Shown: positions 36,491 to 49,249 of the stretch, in pieces
Layout of the letters: every line of letters begins with the position of its first letter
How positions within the stretch are numbered: position 1 is the stretch's first letter
Origin: Felis catus
Lineage: Eukaryota
Direction of reading: 5' to 3'
Length of the DNA stretch: 64,000 nucleotides
Assembly: GCF_018350175.1 (NCBI RefSeq)
Contig: NC_058368.1
Span: 78,742,001 to 78,806,000, forward strand
Position numbers and translations under genes: made by a program
Notes under the pieces: model-generated
The model's input: the letters and a program-made list of their open reading frames with translations, nothing else
Database searches by the model: none
Told to the model about the DNA's origin: nothing

Positions 36491-39400
36491 GTAGGCAGTT
36501 GCTGTGAAAAACTATAGAGAGATAGATTTAAAGACAGTGTGGTAGAATTACAAATGTATATTTTATCTATTTTTTAGGCACGCACACACGATTTCAGATC
36601 GATGTGGTTTCCCTAGATTGTGTAAAATGAAGTATTTTTTCTCTATATAGAATTTCATTGTTCCCCCCGCAATGCCTCGTTGGTTTAGTCAAGGCAGTTT
36701 TGCAAGGCAGCAGAAATCTAGAGGCCAAGAATGAAGGAACATTTTAACAAGCATCTAAAGTCCATAATTAGTGGGACCGGGTTTGTAATTATAATCTATT
36801 CTCCACTGGGAGGGCAAGGGAAGTGAACCAGCATAACTGAATTCTGAGTTAACGAGAGCGAGGTCATCTGAAGTGTATTCTCTTAGGAGCGGGTAGTCCT
36901 CGTGAGTGCCAGTGAGGGAGGACTTAAGTCAAGGGCAGCTTGCACAGCATCCACTGTTGGTGACACGTGGAAACACAAATGTCAGAAGGAAGTGCCCTGG
37001 TCATGTTGCTAGCCTGAAAACATGAGTAGAGCTCCCAGATAGATTCCCTCCCAAAGAATATTTAATTGCACAGACTAAACGTATAATTTCAGGAGCAAGT
37101 TCAGCATTGGCAAAGTGGGAGGTGTTTGAAATCCTGAGCCCGATATGGTACGCGACTGAAGAAGTTTGCCACTTCCCCGCCCCCTCTTTTTGTTTAGGTA
37201 TAAATAACAACAAAGAAATTCCAGACCCTTCAAGTATGATCTTTTGTCAGAGAAGTTTAAAAGTTTTAAGAGCCACACAGTGCTTGTCACTCTGTCCTTC
37301 TCGATTCTAAGAAAAGCCCTCACATCTGCCTCTTTTTTCCCTGTGCTCTTTGCCTCCTCCAGATCTCTCGTATCAAAAGGTTTATTCTGAGGATGGCTTA
37401 GAATAATAATAATAATTAGCACTTCACAGCCAGGGGTTCTTAAAAAAATAATCTCATGAATTCTGAGAGTGGGTTAAGTACTGTTATCTTCATTAGGGAC
37501 AATGTGAGCCATGAGCCCAGCTGTCCTACGGAAGGTCACCGAGTCCCGGCCGGGGTGATGGAGGCACCTCCCTCACTCCTTGTATCTGCTCCTTATGTGA
37601 GGGTCACATTCAGATCTCTGAACCTCTTGTCAGCGGCAACTTGCTGGGGACAGGTTCCATTATTGCTAAAGGGATTGAGACTTGAAGTTATGTTTGCACA
37701 CCCCACTGCTGTGAAGTTTATTGTTTCGGCCTTTGTGAAACTTGGACTTCACCATGCACGCTTCTGAATTTGCACAAACAGCTCAGTTGTGTTATTAGCT
37801 GAGCCACTTCTATTAGCAGATTTCTTCCTTCCTTACTCTGAGTTTCTAATAGCCACGGTAGTAAATAGTTCTCTTTTGAAAACTGAAATGAAGTTACCTT
37901 TATTTGCAAAAGAACTAACCTGACTTATAAACCTTTCCCACTCATTCAAGGATTTTGTTCAATAAGAAAATTTGATATTTACAAAGGCAGTACTATCTAT
38001 CTTATGCAAAGAAAAATAAGTGATTTTGAACGTGACTGAGGGCAAAGAAAGAAAGGGTGGCACAGATTCTCGATGGTTAGGAGAAAATCTGTCATGACGA
38101 TGGCTGTCACAATCAGTTTGTAAAATACATGTTTGCTGGAACAGATTCAACTTAATATCCCCTAAATTTTTAATTCTGTTTTCCATTTGTCACTGCTGGT
38201 GTGCTGGCCTGTGCCTCACGACCATCTGCCCCTCCCTCGCCTCGTGCATGGTGTGCTCCTATTCTGCCTGGGTCCCTCCTACGTGTCTGTGTCAGCTGCC
38301 ACACCCATTCGATTTATTCTCTGGCCTCCTCACTGGCGTGCTTTCAGGGTTATCTGCCATGACAGTGTGGGCTGACATCCTTAGACATTTCTAAGATTCC
38401 CTGACTTGATGCGTATTACCGTTTGGCGCTCAGTGTTTCAGAACCACATTCTCAGAACCAGGTGGCTGTCATCCTCGGATATTCTCTGTGCACCATACAG
38501 TTTCCAGGCTGAGTACTTAGCACGCTGTCCCATCAGGACCAGGCAGGTGAGGTTGTGAGGAAGTTGATTACATGGCAAATCGCTGGTCACAGGTTCTAAT
38601 TGTACTGTCACCACCGACATACAGCATACACCCGAGCACAGCAATTAACCTCAGCTCACCGCCTGGGCTTCCTGGGCTAGAAAACGAGACAGCCACGGAG
38701 GGCTGGTTGAGGACTTGATGCATATTGGATCGGCAGAGCGAGGTGAGCCAGTTGGCTTTCAGAGAAGGCAACTGATTGCACAATGATCGAGCCAGGGAAG
38801 AAAGCACTGCAGGGGGGATGGGGGGAGGCACAAGGTGGTCCAGGACAGATGCACAGGTAAAGATATATACATGGATTCTTTTCACTTTGCTGCGCATGCC
38901 CTTTCTCCTTCCTTCGAAATTCATCCTTTAGAAAAAAAAGCTCACACTTATTCTCCTGAGCTCCTAATCTCCTCTCCTTAGCCCACTGAAGTTCAGCCTC
39001 TGCCGGAAATGTCCTTCCAAAGATGGCCATTGCCTGCTTGGCTCTCTATTGGCTGATCACCCTTCCTTTCTCCCGCCTGTGTTCCCTCATCGCCCTGTAG
39101 TGTTCCCTTGACTTCCATCACACTCTCCCGCGAAACCTCGCTCACCTGCAGTGATCATTCCATACCGTCCTCCATTCTCTTTGAGCTCCCACTTACTTCC
39201 TTTGGAAGTGTGACCGCACAGGCAGATGCCAGAATGTTCTCTAGTTCATCTCACCCTGTTCCTTGTGTTGTGACCGCCTGCCTGCTCCCAAGATTACTCC
39301 TGTGGCTCAGATCTCTTAGAAGACCTTCTGCCTTGTCGTGTGCACTGTTCTTAAATATCTTGCCTTGGATATCAGGCGGTTTGGGATAACATACCCAATA

Positions 39401-39651
39401 TTGAAGTTTCATACCCTACCAAGAGTCCATTTTACCCTTATGACCAGGAATCCAAGCATCTGAATGTCACTTCTCTTTTCCTAAATCCCTCACATCGAAT
39501 TGTCGCCAAATTTTATGGATTCTCCTTCCTTGGTATCCCTGTAATATGTCCGCATCCCTCACCCATTGTGCCGTTGCTGCCTTCGTTAAAACCCTAGGCT
39601 TTCTGTTGTGGAAACAGCCCCAGAAACTGGCTTAGTCTTCCCTGATTGTTC

Positions 39652-40070
39652 TTTTTTTTTTTTTTTTAATTTAAAATAGAGTAAGTTAACATACAGTGTA
39701 GTATTGGATTCAGGAGTAGAACCCAGTGATTCATCACTTCAATGTAACACCCAGTGCTCATCTCAACTAGTGTCCTCCTTAATGCCCATCCCTCATTTAG
39801 CCCATCCCCCAACCCACCTCCCCTCCAGCAACCTTCAGTTTGTTCTCTGTATTTAAAGGTCTCTTATGGTTTGCCTCCCTCTCTGTTTTTATCTTATTTT
39901 TCCTTCCCTTCCCCTGTGTTCATCTGTTGTGTTTCTTACATTCCACATATGAGTGAAATCACATATTTATCTTTCTCTGACTTATTTCAATTAGCATAAT
40001 ACCCTCTAGTTCCATCCATGTTGTTGCATATGGCAACATTTCATTCGTTTTCACCGCTGAGTAGTATTCC
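39652..40070 (-). mobile_element. Older carnivore L1 3' end
   Basis: Poly-T, then gttaacatacagtgtagtattg...caggagtagaacccagtgattcatcact...ttagcataataccctctagttccatccatgttgttgc. Confidence 0.85.
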
Positions 40071-40833
40071 TGATAATTCCTTAAGAGACTCCTGGATTAA
40101 TCAGTCCATAGTGACCTTGTATATTTCTTCCACTTAGTAAAATTAATTTGAAATGCCAATCCTGCACCACCCTCTTCAGAGTCACCCATTGTCAAGGTGG
40201 GAGTGTATCCCAGTTTGCTGGGGACGGTCCTACGTTGTGCGTCTGGTAGGACTGATGGAAGGGATGGTGTAGAGGGTTATAACAGCCTTTTGGCTTGAAC
40301 ATGTTTGTTCCTTTTTTCTAGAATCAGCTCCCTTTATTTGCTTACTCAGAGCATCCTTAGTTCCAATTCTAGAAACTAAGAAAATGATGTGCTATAGTCA
40401 CAGGGCGGGTCACATCAGAGTGACAGACTACCCCCAATACAAAATGGATAATGGAGAAAAAGAAAAGTTGAATTGTTACAAAAAAAACCAATATTGTCTT
40501 GAGAGAGACAGTTAAGGAAAGTTAAGATAGGGTTTAGACTGACTTGATGTGTCAATGTGATTTCAGTTTTACATATCACCTGATGTTATCAAATGTACTC
40601 AGGCAATAGTAATTAGTATCACGTAATAACTTGTAAATTTCAAGCAAATAATTTTTTTCTTATTTCCTAAATATTTCCTAAATGTGTTCATTTCAAAAAA
40701 AATTAATGAAGTCCTGTCAAAATAATAAATCCAATCAGGACCTGTATTAGTTTTTTTTTTCAGAGAACAGGATGAAAATAAAACTTAATTTCTTTTAAAA
40801 AAGACAGACTTGGCCTATTTTCCATTATAAAAT

Positions 40834-41047
40834 TTTTTTTTCAACGTTTTTTATTTATTTTTGGGACAGAGAGAGACAGAGCATGAACGGGGGAGGGGCA
40901 GAGAGAGAGGGAGACACAGAATCGGAAACAGGCTCCAGGCTCCGAGCCATCAGCCCAGAGCCTGACACGGGGCTCGAACTCACGGACCGCGAGATCGTGA
41001 CCTGGCTGAAGTCGGACGCTTAACCGACTGCACCACCCAGGCGCCCC
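40834..41047 (-). mobile_element. Young felid SINEC_Fc-type SINE
   Basis: Diagnostic gtgacctggctgaagtcggacg. Direct repeat TATTTTCCATTATAAAAT (40816-40833 and 41048-41065). Confidence 0.96.
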
Positions 41048-41919
41048 TATTTTCCATTATAAAATAGGCTTATTATGGTCTGTTGGTTATATTTTTCCCG
41101 GAGTAGCTTAAGACTTTTGAGCAAGAAGAGAGGGAATTTCTGTTCCATTGTCTTGCTGAAAATAGATTTCTGCTTATTTCCTAAACATATAACAAAAATC
41201 TAAAATCGCATCTTACGTGGTATCATATTTGACTCAAAATGAAGTTTTAAAATAGTAAGATACAATATCATAATATTCCCCTCTGATACCTTCACAACAG
41301 TGGCTGAAATAGATTGTTTTCTCATGACATGTGGTAAATGAGTGATTTCTAATCTGCTTTAATGTGTCTTTTATCACTGAGCTCTATTCTTCTACAGCTC
41401 AATTTTAATGATGTGTGCAAATGATTCTCTAAAAGATACGTACCACTCCAGTAAACACTGCAGTGTTATAGAACTTAGAATAACGTAGCCATCAGATTCT
41501 TCGACTTCAGTGTGCAAAATTGAACACTGACATTTGAGAAATAGTATTTTCCAGAATTAACTCACACGTCAAATTCGACAATCCTAAAAATGAGAATAGA
41601 GTGATAGTTTTAGTTGGTTCTTAACAAAACTCAAAGCAACTCTTAGGGAAATCTGTTAGTTCTTCCGAAATGGCGTGTGGAAATTTCAAAGCTGGTAATT
41701 GGTTCCCCCCTCCCATCCCCCTAGTGAAATGGGTTTGCTTTGGACAGAGTATTTGAAACAAACCACATTATTCAAATAGCGCATTTTACTTTTTTCTGTT
41801 TGGGTCTTGCCTGCCTCCTTATTGCAAAGAAAAACAACGAATGCATGGCATACAGCCCATGTAATAGAAAGCTGACTACAAAGTACAGCTCACGTCTAGC
41901 GAGTACTTGCTCGATTCAG

Positions 41920-42060
41920 CAAGACGAATACTGTGTTATGTGCTCGATGTGTTGTCATTTGTCCTCATAACCACTGGTGAAGCAAAAACTATCAGCCCCA
42001 TTTTGCAGATGGAAGAACTGAGGCAGAAGATGAGTTACCTGTTCCCATTGGCACTAGTAT
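41920..42060 (-). mobile_element. MIR relic
   Basis: tcatttgtcctcataacc...ccccattttgcagatggaagaactgaggcaga is the MIR core. Confidence 0.65.
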
Positions 42061-42608
42061 AAAATAGACCTATTATATTATTATACTTATTATATTATGT
42101 TAATAAAATATGCATAATATATGTGGAATATATAATATCTTATACTTATTACTACTATTATTACTAATAGTAATAGAAGACACGACACTAAAATCCGGGA
42201 AGCCTGACCCCCAGTGTTCATCCGGGATTTGAGAGAGAGCTGGACCAGGGGGCGGAGGTTCCAGGCTCTAAGGGGAAAATGAAGGCACATGGGCAACGGG
42301 TTGAATGATCTCTGCCCCATGGACAGATCTCTTAAGTAGTGAGTGTAGCTGCACTTCTTTGGGATATATATCATTCCCTGAGTGACCATGGATGCAGAAG
42401 ACCAGAGAGGTTACATACCTTTCCCAAAGTCAGCCCGGAGAGGTCAGGCACAGGCTGGCATGGACAGAAGGAACACTTTGGCATTGGTGCTTGGGTCCCC
42501 TGTGCCGACCCAGCCTCCCTGTTTGTGGCAAGGACTGAGTCACATGAGAGAGAGAGAATCAGGGAGGTGGCTGATTTCTAGCAGCCACTGGCTGAGAGGC
42601 AGGTGTTA

Positions 42609-42646
42609 ATCATCATCATCGTCATCATCATCATCATCATCATCAT
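42609..42646. repeat. (CAT)n trinucleotide repeat, one interruption
   Basis: Directly visible. Confidence 0.95.
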
Positions 42647-43580
42647 ACTTTCACTGAGAATAAGGTGGATTATTTCCCCTTAGTAAACACCTGTTATGTC
42701 CAGAAACCAATCCTGGGAACGGGGTGCATAAATGTGAAGGTCTGAGCTACCGTGGAGATTCACAGGAAAGCTTAGGTGAGAATAAATGCTGACAACAGGT
42801 GCCAACAGGAGGGGAGCAGACCTGACCTTTCCATGGCCCATCCCCCTCCTCGGCAAGGCTGACTTCCAGACTTCCCTCAGCTTCAGTTCATTTCTCTTTA
42901 TTAACGCGAACAGCCATGAAATGTTTGATTGGAGAATCTTTTTACATTTAATTTGAAAACATTTGAGATCTGCAGGGAAGTTGTCAAAACATCCCTGAGA
43001 GTTCCCGTACACCTTCTCCCCGCTCCCCCACGCCAACACCCCACACAGACGTGGTACGTTTATCCAGAGTACAGAGTTAGCTCAGGTATGATGCTACTCA
43101 CTAAACTACAGACTTTGTTCACATTTTTCCAGGTTTCCCATCAAAGGTGGTTTTCTATTCCAGAGATTTCTATTCCATTCTATTCTATTGCTTTTAGGAG
43201 CAACTATTTTGGCCTGAAAATTATAGAGAGCAAAAACCATGTTTTAGAACTCATTTCAGTTCCATTCAAATGGTTTAAACTACTTTGGGCAGTGCACATT
43301 GATGATCCATACTAAGACAGTCGAACGTTGAGGGCCTGCCATGGATGAGGTGTGATGTCACATCTTTGGGATAGAATCAGAGGAATATTATTCCAGACTA
43401 TTTTCTAGCGGTAAATAGAAGGTGGGCCGAGAGAAACCATTATGCGGACTTTGAATTCAAGGCAGAAGAGGGGCTTCAAAGAGGAACACGTTGAAAGAAC
43501 AGTGAGATAAAATTAAGGCTTGACCCCCAGCGGCTGAGAAGCATCTCTGCCTTCTGTTTCAAAGGCTGTTTTCCCCGTAG

Positions 43581-43705
43581 GCGTGGACCTGACCTCACTG
43601 TGCCAGCTGAAGGTGCAGAGACCCGTGAGCATGCTAATGGATGTCAAACACTTCTTGTCCGATGGCGGAAATGTCAATGAGAAAAATGATGACGGGGTGA
43701 CTCTG
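43581..43705 (+). CDS. MYO16: MYO16 internal coding exon, 125 nt, phase 1-0
   Basis: ttccccgtAG acceptor and GTAAGT donor. The split Gly codon G|GC matches the previous exon's phase. Translates (G)[41 protein letters not shown]. Confidence 0.95.
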
Positions 43706-43980
43706 GTAAGTTAATATAACTGGCTCAGAAATATTGCTGATGTAGAGGATTTAAGTTGATTTCTAAAGCCTGGAATTGGATGCAATTAACGTTTACAAAT
43801 GTCCTTTATTTCTGATCATAAAAGTTCTACATATTTATCGTAAAAATCTTGAAAACGCGTTAAGCGCGCAAAGACGGAAACAGAAATCACTTATGTCGCC
43901 ACTCAGAGAAAACCCAGTGTTTGTAGGCTGATGTATTTTCTTCACGCCTCCCTTCCATTTTGTTAAAAAATTTACAGTAA

Positions 43981-44177
43981 TTTTTTAAAGTGTATTTATT
44001 TATTTTGAGAGAGCGGGAGAGGGGCAGATTGAGAAGGAGATGCAGAGAATCCCAAGGAGGCACCTCACTGTCACCTTGGAGTCTCACTTGGGGCTGGAAC
44101 TTACGAACCCGTGAGATCACGACCTGAGCCAGAATCAAGAATCGGACGCTTAACTGACTGAGCCACCCAGGCGCCCC
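43981..44177 (-). mobile_element. Older Can-SINE
   Basis: tttatttattttgagagag...gagatcacgacctgagcc...ctgagccacccaggcgcccc. Confidence 0.9.
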
Positions 44178-44949
44178 TGGAATAACTTTTAGGCATTACT
44201 TTGTCCGTGTGATTCGTTGAGATGGAACTTATGGGAGAATGTTTTCGTTTTTCATTTTATGTAAAACAAATTACGGGTCACTCTGGGGAATGACTTTCTA
44301 AATCCAAGTGAAATCCTGTCATTGCTTTTTTTCCACAGCTATTGGGCACAGTGGCAGTAATGAAAAACCAGTACAATTAAATTTGGATTAATTCTCATAT
44401 AAGCATAATGTCTAGTCATGAAAGTAAGAAACATTTGGCACTATTGACTTGCACTGAGCATGCCTGTGTTAAAGTTAACTGTTGTGGAAGTAAATGTACT
44501 GAGGCTCAGAGGGAAGCATTGAGAGAAAGTAGATTAGCAGAAGGGGGTATGACGCTCGGAGCGTGGGATGCACAGAAGCCTCTGGAGCCAGTGATTCAGG
44601 TTCTACTCTGCATTTTTCCGGAGGTGTGAGGTTGAACACAACGATGGGAGAAATGGCTTGTCTAAGTGGATAAAAGTTGTGTGAGACCCGATACGGTTTT
44701 AGATTTATTAAATGCAAATCAAACACCCTGAGACCTCTGGATAGAATAATCTTCCTAGATACTGATTTTCGGACTTTGGACTGTAGGTTTTCTAAAGACT
44801 GTCAAGAACATAACTCCAAGTTATAAGCAAAGAGAACAAAGCGTGTTTACAGTTTATTGAAAAATCACATTCAAGTGGAAAAATACTCGAATTAATGTAT
44901 TGAGGAAGTAATTTATTAACCCCAACCTGTGAACAAAATAATAATGAAC

Positions 44950-46255
44950 AAAGCCACAAAAGCCCTTTTATCATGGGCTTACATTTCTTTGGGGAAGATA
45001 CATAATATACCATATAAATGAGCTAAATGTGTAACATGCTAATAATGACAAACACAAAGGAGAAAAGAATAAGATAAGGACGTGCTGGGAGGTACACAGG
45101 TAAGATCTCACTGACGAGGAAGTTTGAGTAATGACCTGAGAGAAGTCTGCACACACTGCAGGGGTGCCCAGGAGCATTCCAGACTGAAGAGTGGTATGTG
45201 CAAAGGCCCTGAGGCCGGAGTGGGTGTATTAAGATTTAGAAACAGCACAGAGGCCTGTGAAGCTAAGCAGAGTAAAGGAAAGGAGTGAGGTAGCTGGACC
45301 GGATCCTGCAGGGTTTGTGTGCCTGTGTGAGGACTCTGCACTTACTCTGAGTGAGACGGGAACACGTGGGAGGGCCCTGAGGAGAGCACAGCCCTGCTTC
45401 ACTTCTAAAAGCATCACTCACTCTGACTGCTGTGTTAAGGATTGACTGTCAAAGGGCAGGGCTGACACTGAGAGTCCAGGTGAGAGGTGTGGTTGGTGGT
45501 GGAGCTCAAAGCTACAGGAAGCTGAGGCTGTGGGAAGTGGCTGACTTGTGTCCGCGTGAAAAGAAGAGCCGCGGCGTTTTCCTGATGGCCAGGTGGTGTA
45601 GGAGAAAGGATGATTGCAGAAGGACTCCACGTACTTTTAGCCTCAGCACCTGCAGCGATGGAGTTGGCGTCCGGTGAGACCGAGAGGGCTGAGGACCAAA
45701 TGAGCTTGGAGCAGAAAAGACAAGGACAGCTTGGGAAACACAGAGCTAGATGTGACTCTGAACCTTCTTCATGGAGACGCTGGGTTTGTGGTTGGATATT
45801 GGAGTCTGGGACTCAGGAGGCGTCTGGACTGCAGAATCCCTTTTGGGAACACTAGCATAAACGTGACGTTGAAAGCCTTGACCCTGGATAAAATCACACT
45901 TCTGACACAGAAGAAGAAGAGAGAATTGAGGACCGAGCCACGATGCTTAGGAAGGAGAGGAAGATCCAGAAATAAGACTGGAAGGAGAAACTCTCAAGAT
46001 AGGAGGAAAACCAAGAGAATGAGATGTCCCAGGAGCCAAGGAAAGGAAGTATGATGATGATGAGGAGGAGGAGGAGGGGGAGAAGGAGGGTGTGTGTGTG
46101 GGGGGGGAACGGTTAACTATCAGATAACCACTGAGAGGTCAAGTGACTGGAGGTGGTGAATTGACCTTTGGACTGTGTATTGGGAGGTCACTGGTCTTTT
46201 CACCGAGGGAAGATGCAGTGGAGTGGTGGGCTCAAAATCCAAACTGTAGTGGGTG
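44950..46255 (-). mobile_element. L2 LINE relic
   Basis: gagcattccagactgaagagtggtatgtgcaaaggccctgagg...aaaagcatcactc...ggaaaaccaagagaatgagatgtcccaggagccaag. Boundaries approximate. Confidence 0.7.
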
Positions 46256-47444
46256 ATAGTTCTTTTAATGCGTGTAACGCATCAATGCCTAACACAGCGC
46301 AGAAACCCAGTAGACCTTTGTGTCTTTGTTTGGCTTAAGATATTGCAGATTTATATGCCTCTAAAAAAAATCACTGCTAAATAAAAATTGCATAAGTGTT
46401 TCAAATATCGTCAAATCAAAGGACCCACGTACTTTGGTAGTGAAGCTATTGAAAGAATCAATCAACACAGAACAATAAATTGCGATCGAGTTCCACCATC
46501 TTCAATTTTGACATTCTTTGTGACTTTTTTCTATTGAGCAGAGAGCATAAACATTGCAAATAATTGTTGTATAATAACTAAATGATCATCTTTGATCATT
46601 GAGCTTTTCACAAGGAAATTAGTAGTGATCGGGAGGCTAGGAAGTTGTCCCTTGAAGATCACAGTGTTTAGCAAGCGGTAATGTAGTTTGATTCTTCGGT
46701 CGGAATCAATCAGTCTATCATGTTAATGACTGCCTTCCCAGAGCTCTCCTCCGGATTGTGTGTTCCTGTCTGTTGTTGGTCGACAGTAAGAAGACGCCAG
46801 TCCACAGATTTCCATATCCTGAGTTGGACTGTCGATTGTGGTTCAGAATCATTTCCCACACTGTCAAATTGTGCAAAAGAAGACAAAGCTGTCAGTGAAA
46901 GGCTCAATACCTTTTTCTCCTTTGTTAGAACATGCGACAAAATTACCAAACTTACTGTAGCTCTCTTAAAAAGATCTCTTGCTGTACAAGGATACCCTTT
47001 TTAAAAGAAAACAAAACCTGAGTAAAGGATACAACCCCCCCCCAAAAAAAAAGCCTTGTTACAGAGGATATGGAAATGCATTTCTGAGTTTGAGTGCATA
47101 GATGCTCTTTGAACATCTACAGTAATGACTTTCAGATACATTATAAAGACGCTGGTTCTTCACTCTTTTGTCACAGACTTTGATATATAACATCTGGCCT
47201 TGGGACGTATTTACTTGGTCTGTTGGAAAAGAATTATTCATGAGATGCAAACTTCAAACAATTTTATTTCTGACTCCCTTTGTTTCGTCAGTAGTGCTGG
47301 TTTATCCCTTACTTCTGGGTGAAGACTTAGCCAACGCTATCAGCTTTCTGGCCGCAGTTTATATCACGATGCGTAGCCTCAATTTAGAGATTAGAATGTG
47401 CGGTCCTTTATGACAGTGAAAACTCCCTGCTGGCATGAAGTCAG

Positions 47445-47918
47445 GGCTCACTGGTCTTTTTATGTCCTATTACTTTCTAACCCCCCTGGTGTAGCTGTGG
47501 ATTCCTTGTCAAAATTGTGCTTTTAATGTAATAAAAATGGTACCCAGAATTACAAGGAAAGACAGTTCTATCAAAACATCATAATCATAATATTAAAATT
47601 AACTTTGTGATATTAATGCACATGCTCCATTATTAATGCACCGAGTAACAGCTTTAACCATTACCATGATTTTAGAGTAGATTTGAACCGGGGTGATATT
47701 TGGACATTTCTGCTAGGACAGCAGTGTGATATGACAATATTTCTTGTGATGGTAGAGAGTATCACAGCTGTGTACCCCATGTTCACCGTTGAAGAATTTG
47801 CTACATTTCAGTCGGGGTTAGAAAAAAGTAAAACTGTTTTCCCACCAAGTCTGCAAACCCCCTGAATCTATACACAGTTCCTACAGGGGCTGGTGGGTTC
47901 AGGCATTAAGGACCTCAA
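47445..47918 (-). mobile_element. MER119-like hAT-Charlie element
   Basis: agaattacaaggaaa...gtgtgatatgacaatatttc...gctacatttcagtcggggttag...aaccccctgaatctat resembles the reverse complement of remembered MER119. Confidence 0.6.
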
Positions 47919-48673
47919 GTTCAGCTACATCTTGAACCTGTTCCTGGTATATCAGGAAGTCCGTAGAAGGGAGAGTAGACGTGATCACCTGTTTCCCCTT
48001 CTGCCACTGCCTTCTCTTCAGTGTCGCAGAAGTTGAGGGAGAGGACGGGAGGACACAGATGGTCAGGAGGTGATGCAGTAGGGGATGGAGGGCTTTGACT
48101 TGACCTTCCTTGAGAGAATGTCCTGCTCTCTGGGCTAGAAGCGGACCTTTCCTTGTGAGGATGTGGAGGTTCTTCAGATATCACCTCCTCACCATCATCA
48201 CTGGGGATCTCCAGATGGTCCTTTACACCTGCCTCAGTTCTAGGGAATCTGAGGTGCTCCAGCCTGTCTCTCTCGCCCCCTCAGGCACCCCCCTGACACA
48301 GAACTGAAAACGAACACAGCTTGTCCCTGGAAAAATCTGCCCGCATTTGTTTTTGCCCCTGTGAACTCATGAGGGCCAGTGGATGCCAGGGTGTCTGCGA
48401 CCTCCCCTTGCAGCCCACCGAGCGGAGAGCCAGCCCATCGCTGCCCTTACTTTTTCTAGGCAGGAATCAAAACCTAAGTGACAGTGTCTTCGCCGTGCCG
48501 CTGAGGACACCTGGCTTCCGTGGGCAGTCACCATAGCCAGGCTCTCCTGACGTGAATTAGGAAGGAACCCAGCCCCCCCCACCCCAGCACAGGTACACCC
48601 ACATGTATGCTGTCCTTTTATCTCTTGAGGTCGGGGTCAAAAATAATCTAGGCAGTTTTTGGACAACCATTTT

Positions 48674-48676
<3 letters not shown>

Positions 48677-48725
<49 letters not shown>

Positions 48726-48802
48726 TATACACACACACACACATATGTACATATACATATATATACACATATATATGTGTATATATATATATGTATATAT
48801 AT
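48677..48802. repeat. Compound (TA)n/(CA)n microsatellite
   Basis: Directly visible; alternating purine-pyrimidine. Confidence 0.95.
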
Positions 48803-49249
48803 GTGGTCTTACTTTGAGATAGGATATATATTATATTCACACTCAGTCAAAACTATGGTAGGAAAAATCCTCTGTTAATATTCTGACATAAAAGTAGAAT
48901 AGGAGAAGATGTGAAATTATTGGTTCAAAACCTGGACTCATTTCTGTAGGTGTTTGAATAGCTATTCCTCAAGACTAATTTTTATTTACTCCCAACATTA
49001 TGTTCATCAAAATTTGGCATTAACCTTAGAGTGACCTTCCCGATGTAGGGCAGCAGAGGTCACAGACCTTAAATAAGACCACATTCAGTGGGCATATATT
49101 TCAAATTTCACACACAGCTTCTTTTTAAAAATTAGGTGCACAAATACAAGACTGAGAGACAACAGTGATGCCCATTTTCCATGTTACACAATAAAAAGGA
49201 CTTAATTCTGAGTGGTGGAATCCCTTCCACTATACAAATAGGGGGAGAA

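Noticed and set aside
36319..36507. ORF-track 62-aa protein
   Set aside because: Only 36382-36490 is exonic, as defined by splice sites; the flanking residues are intron read-through.
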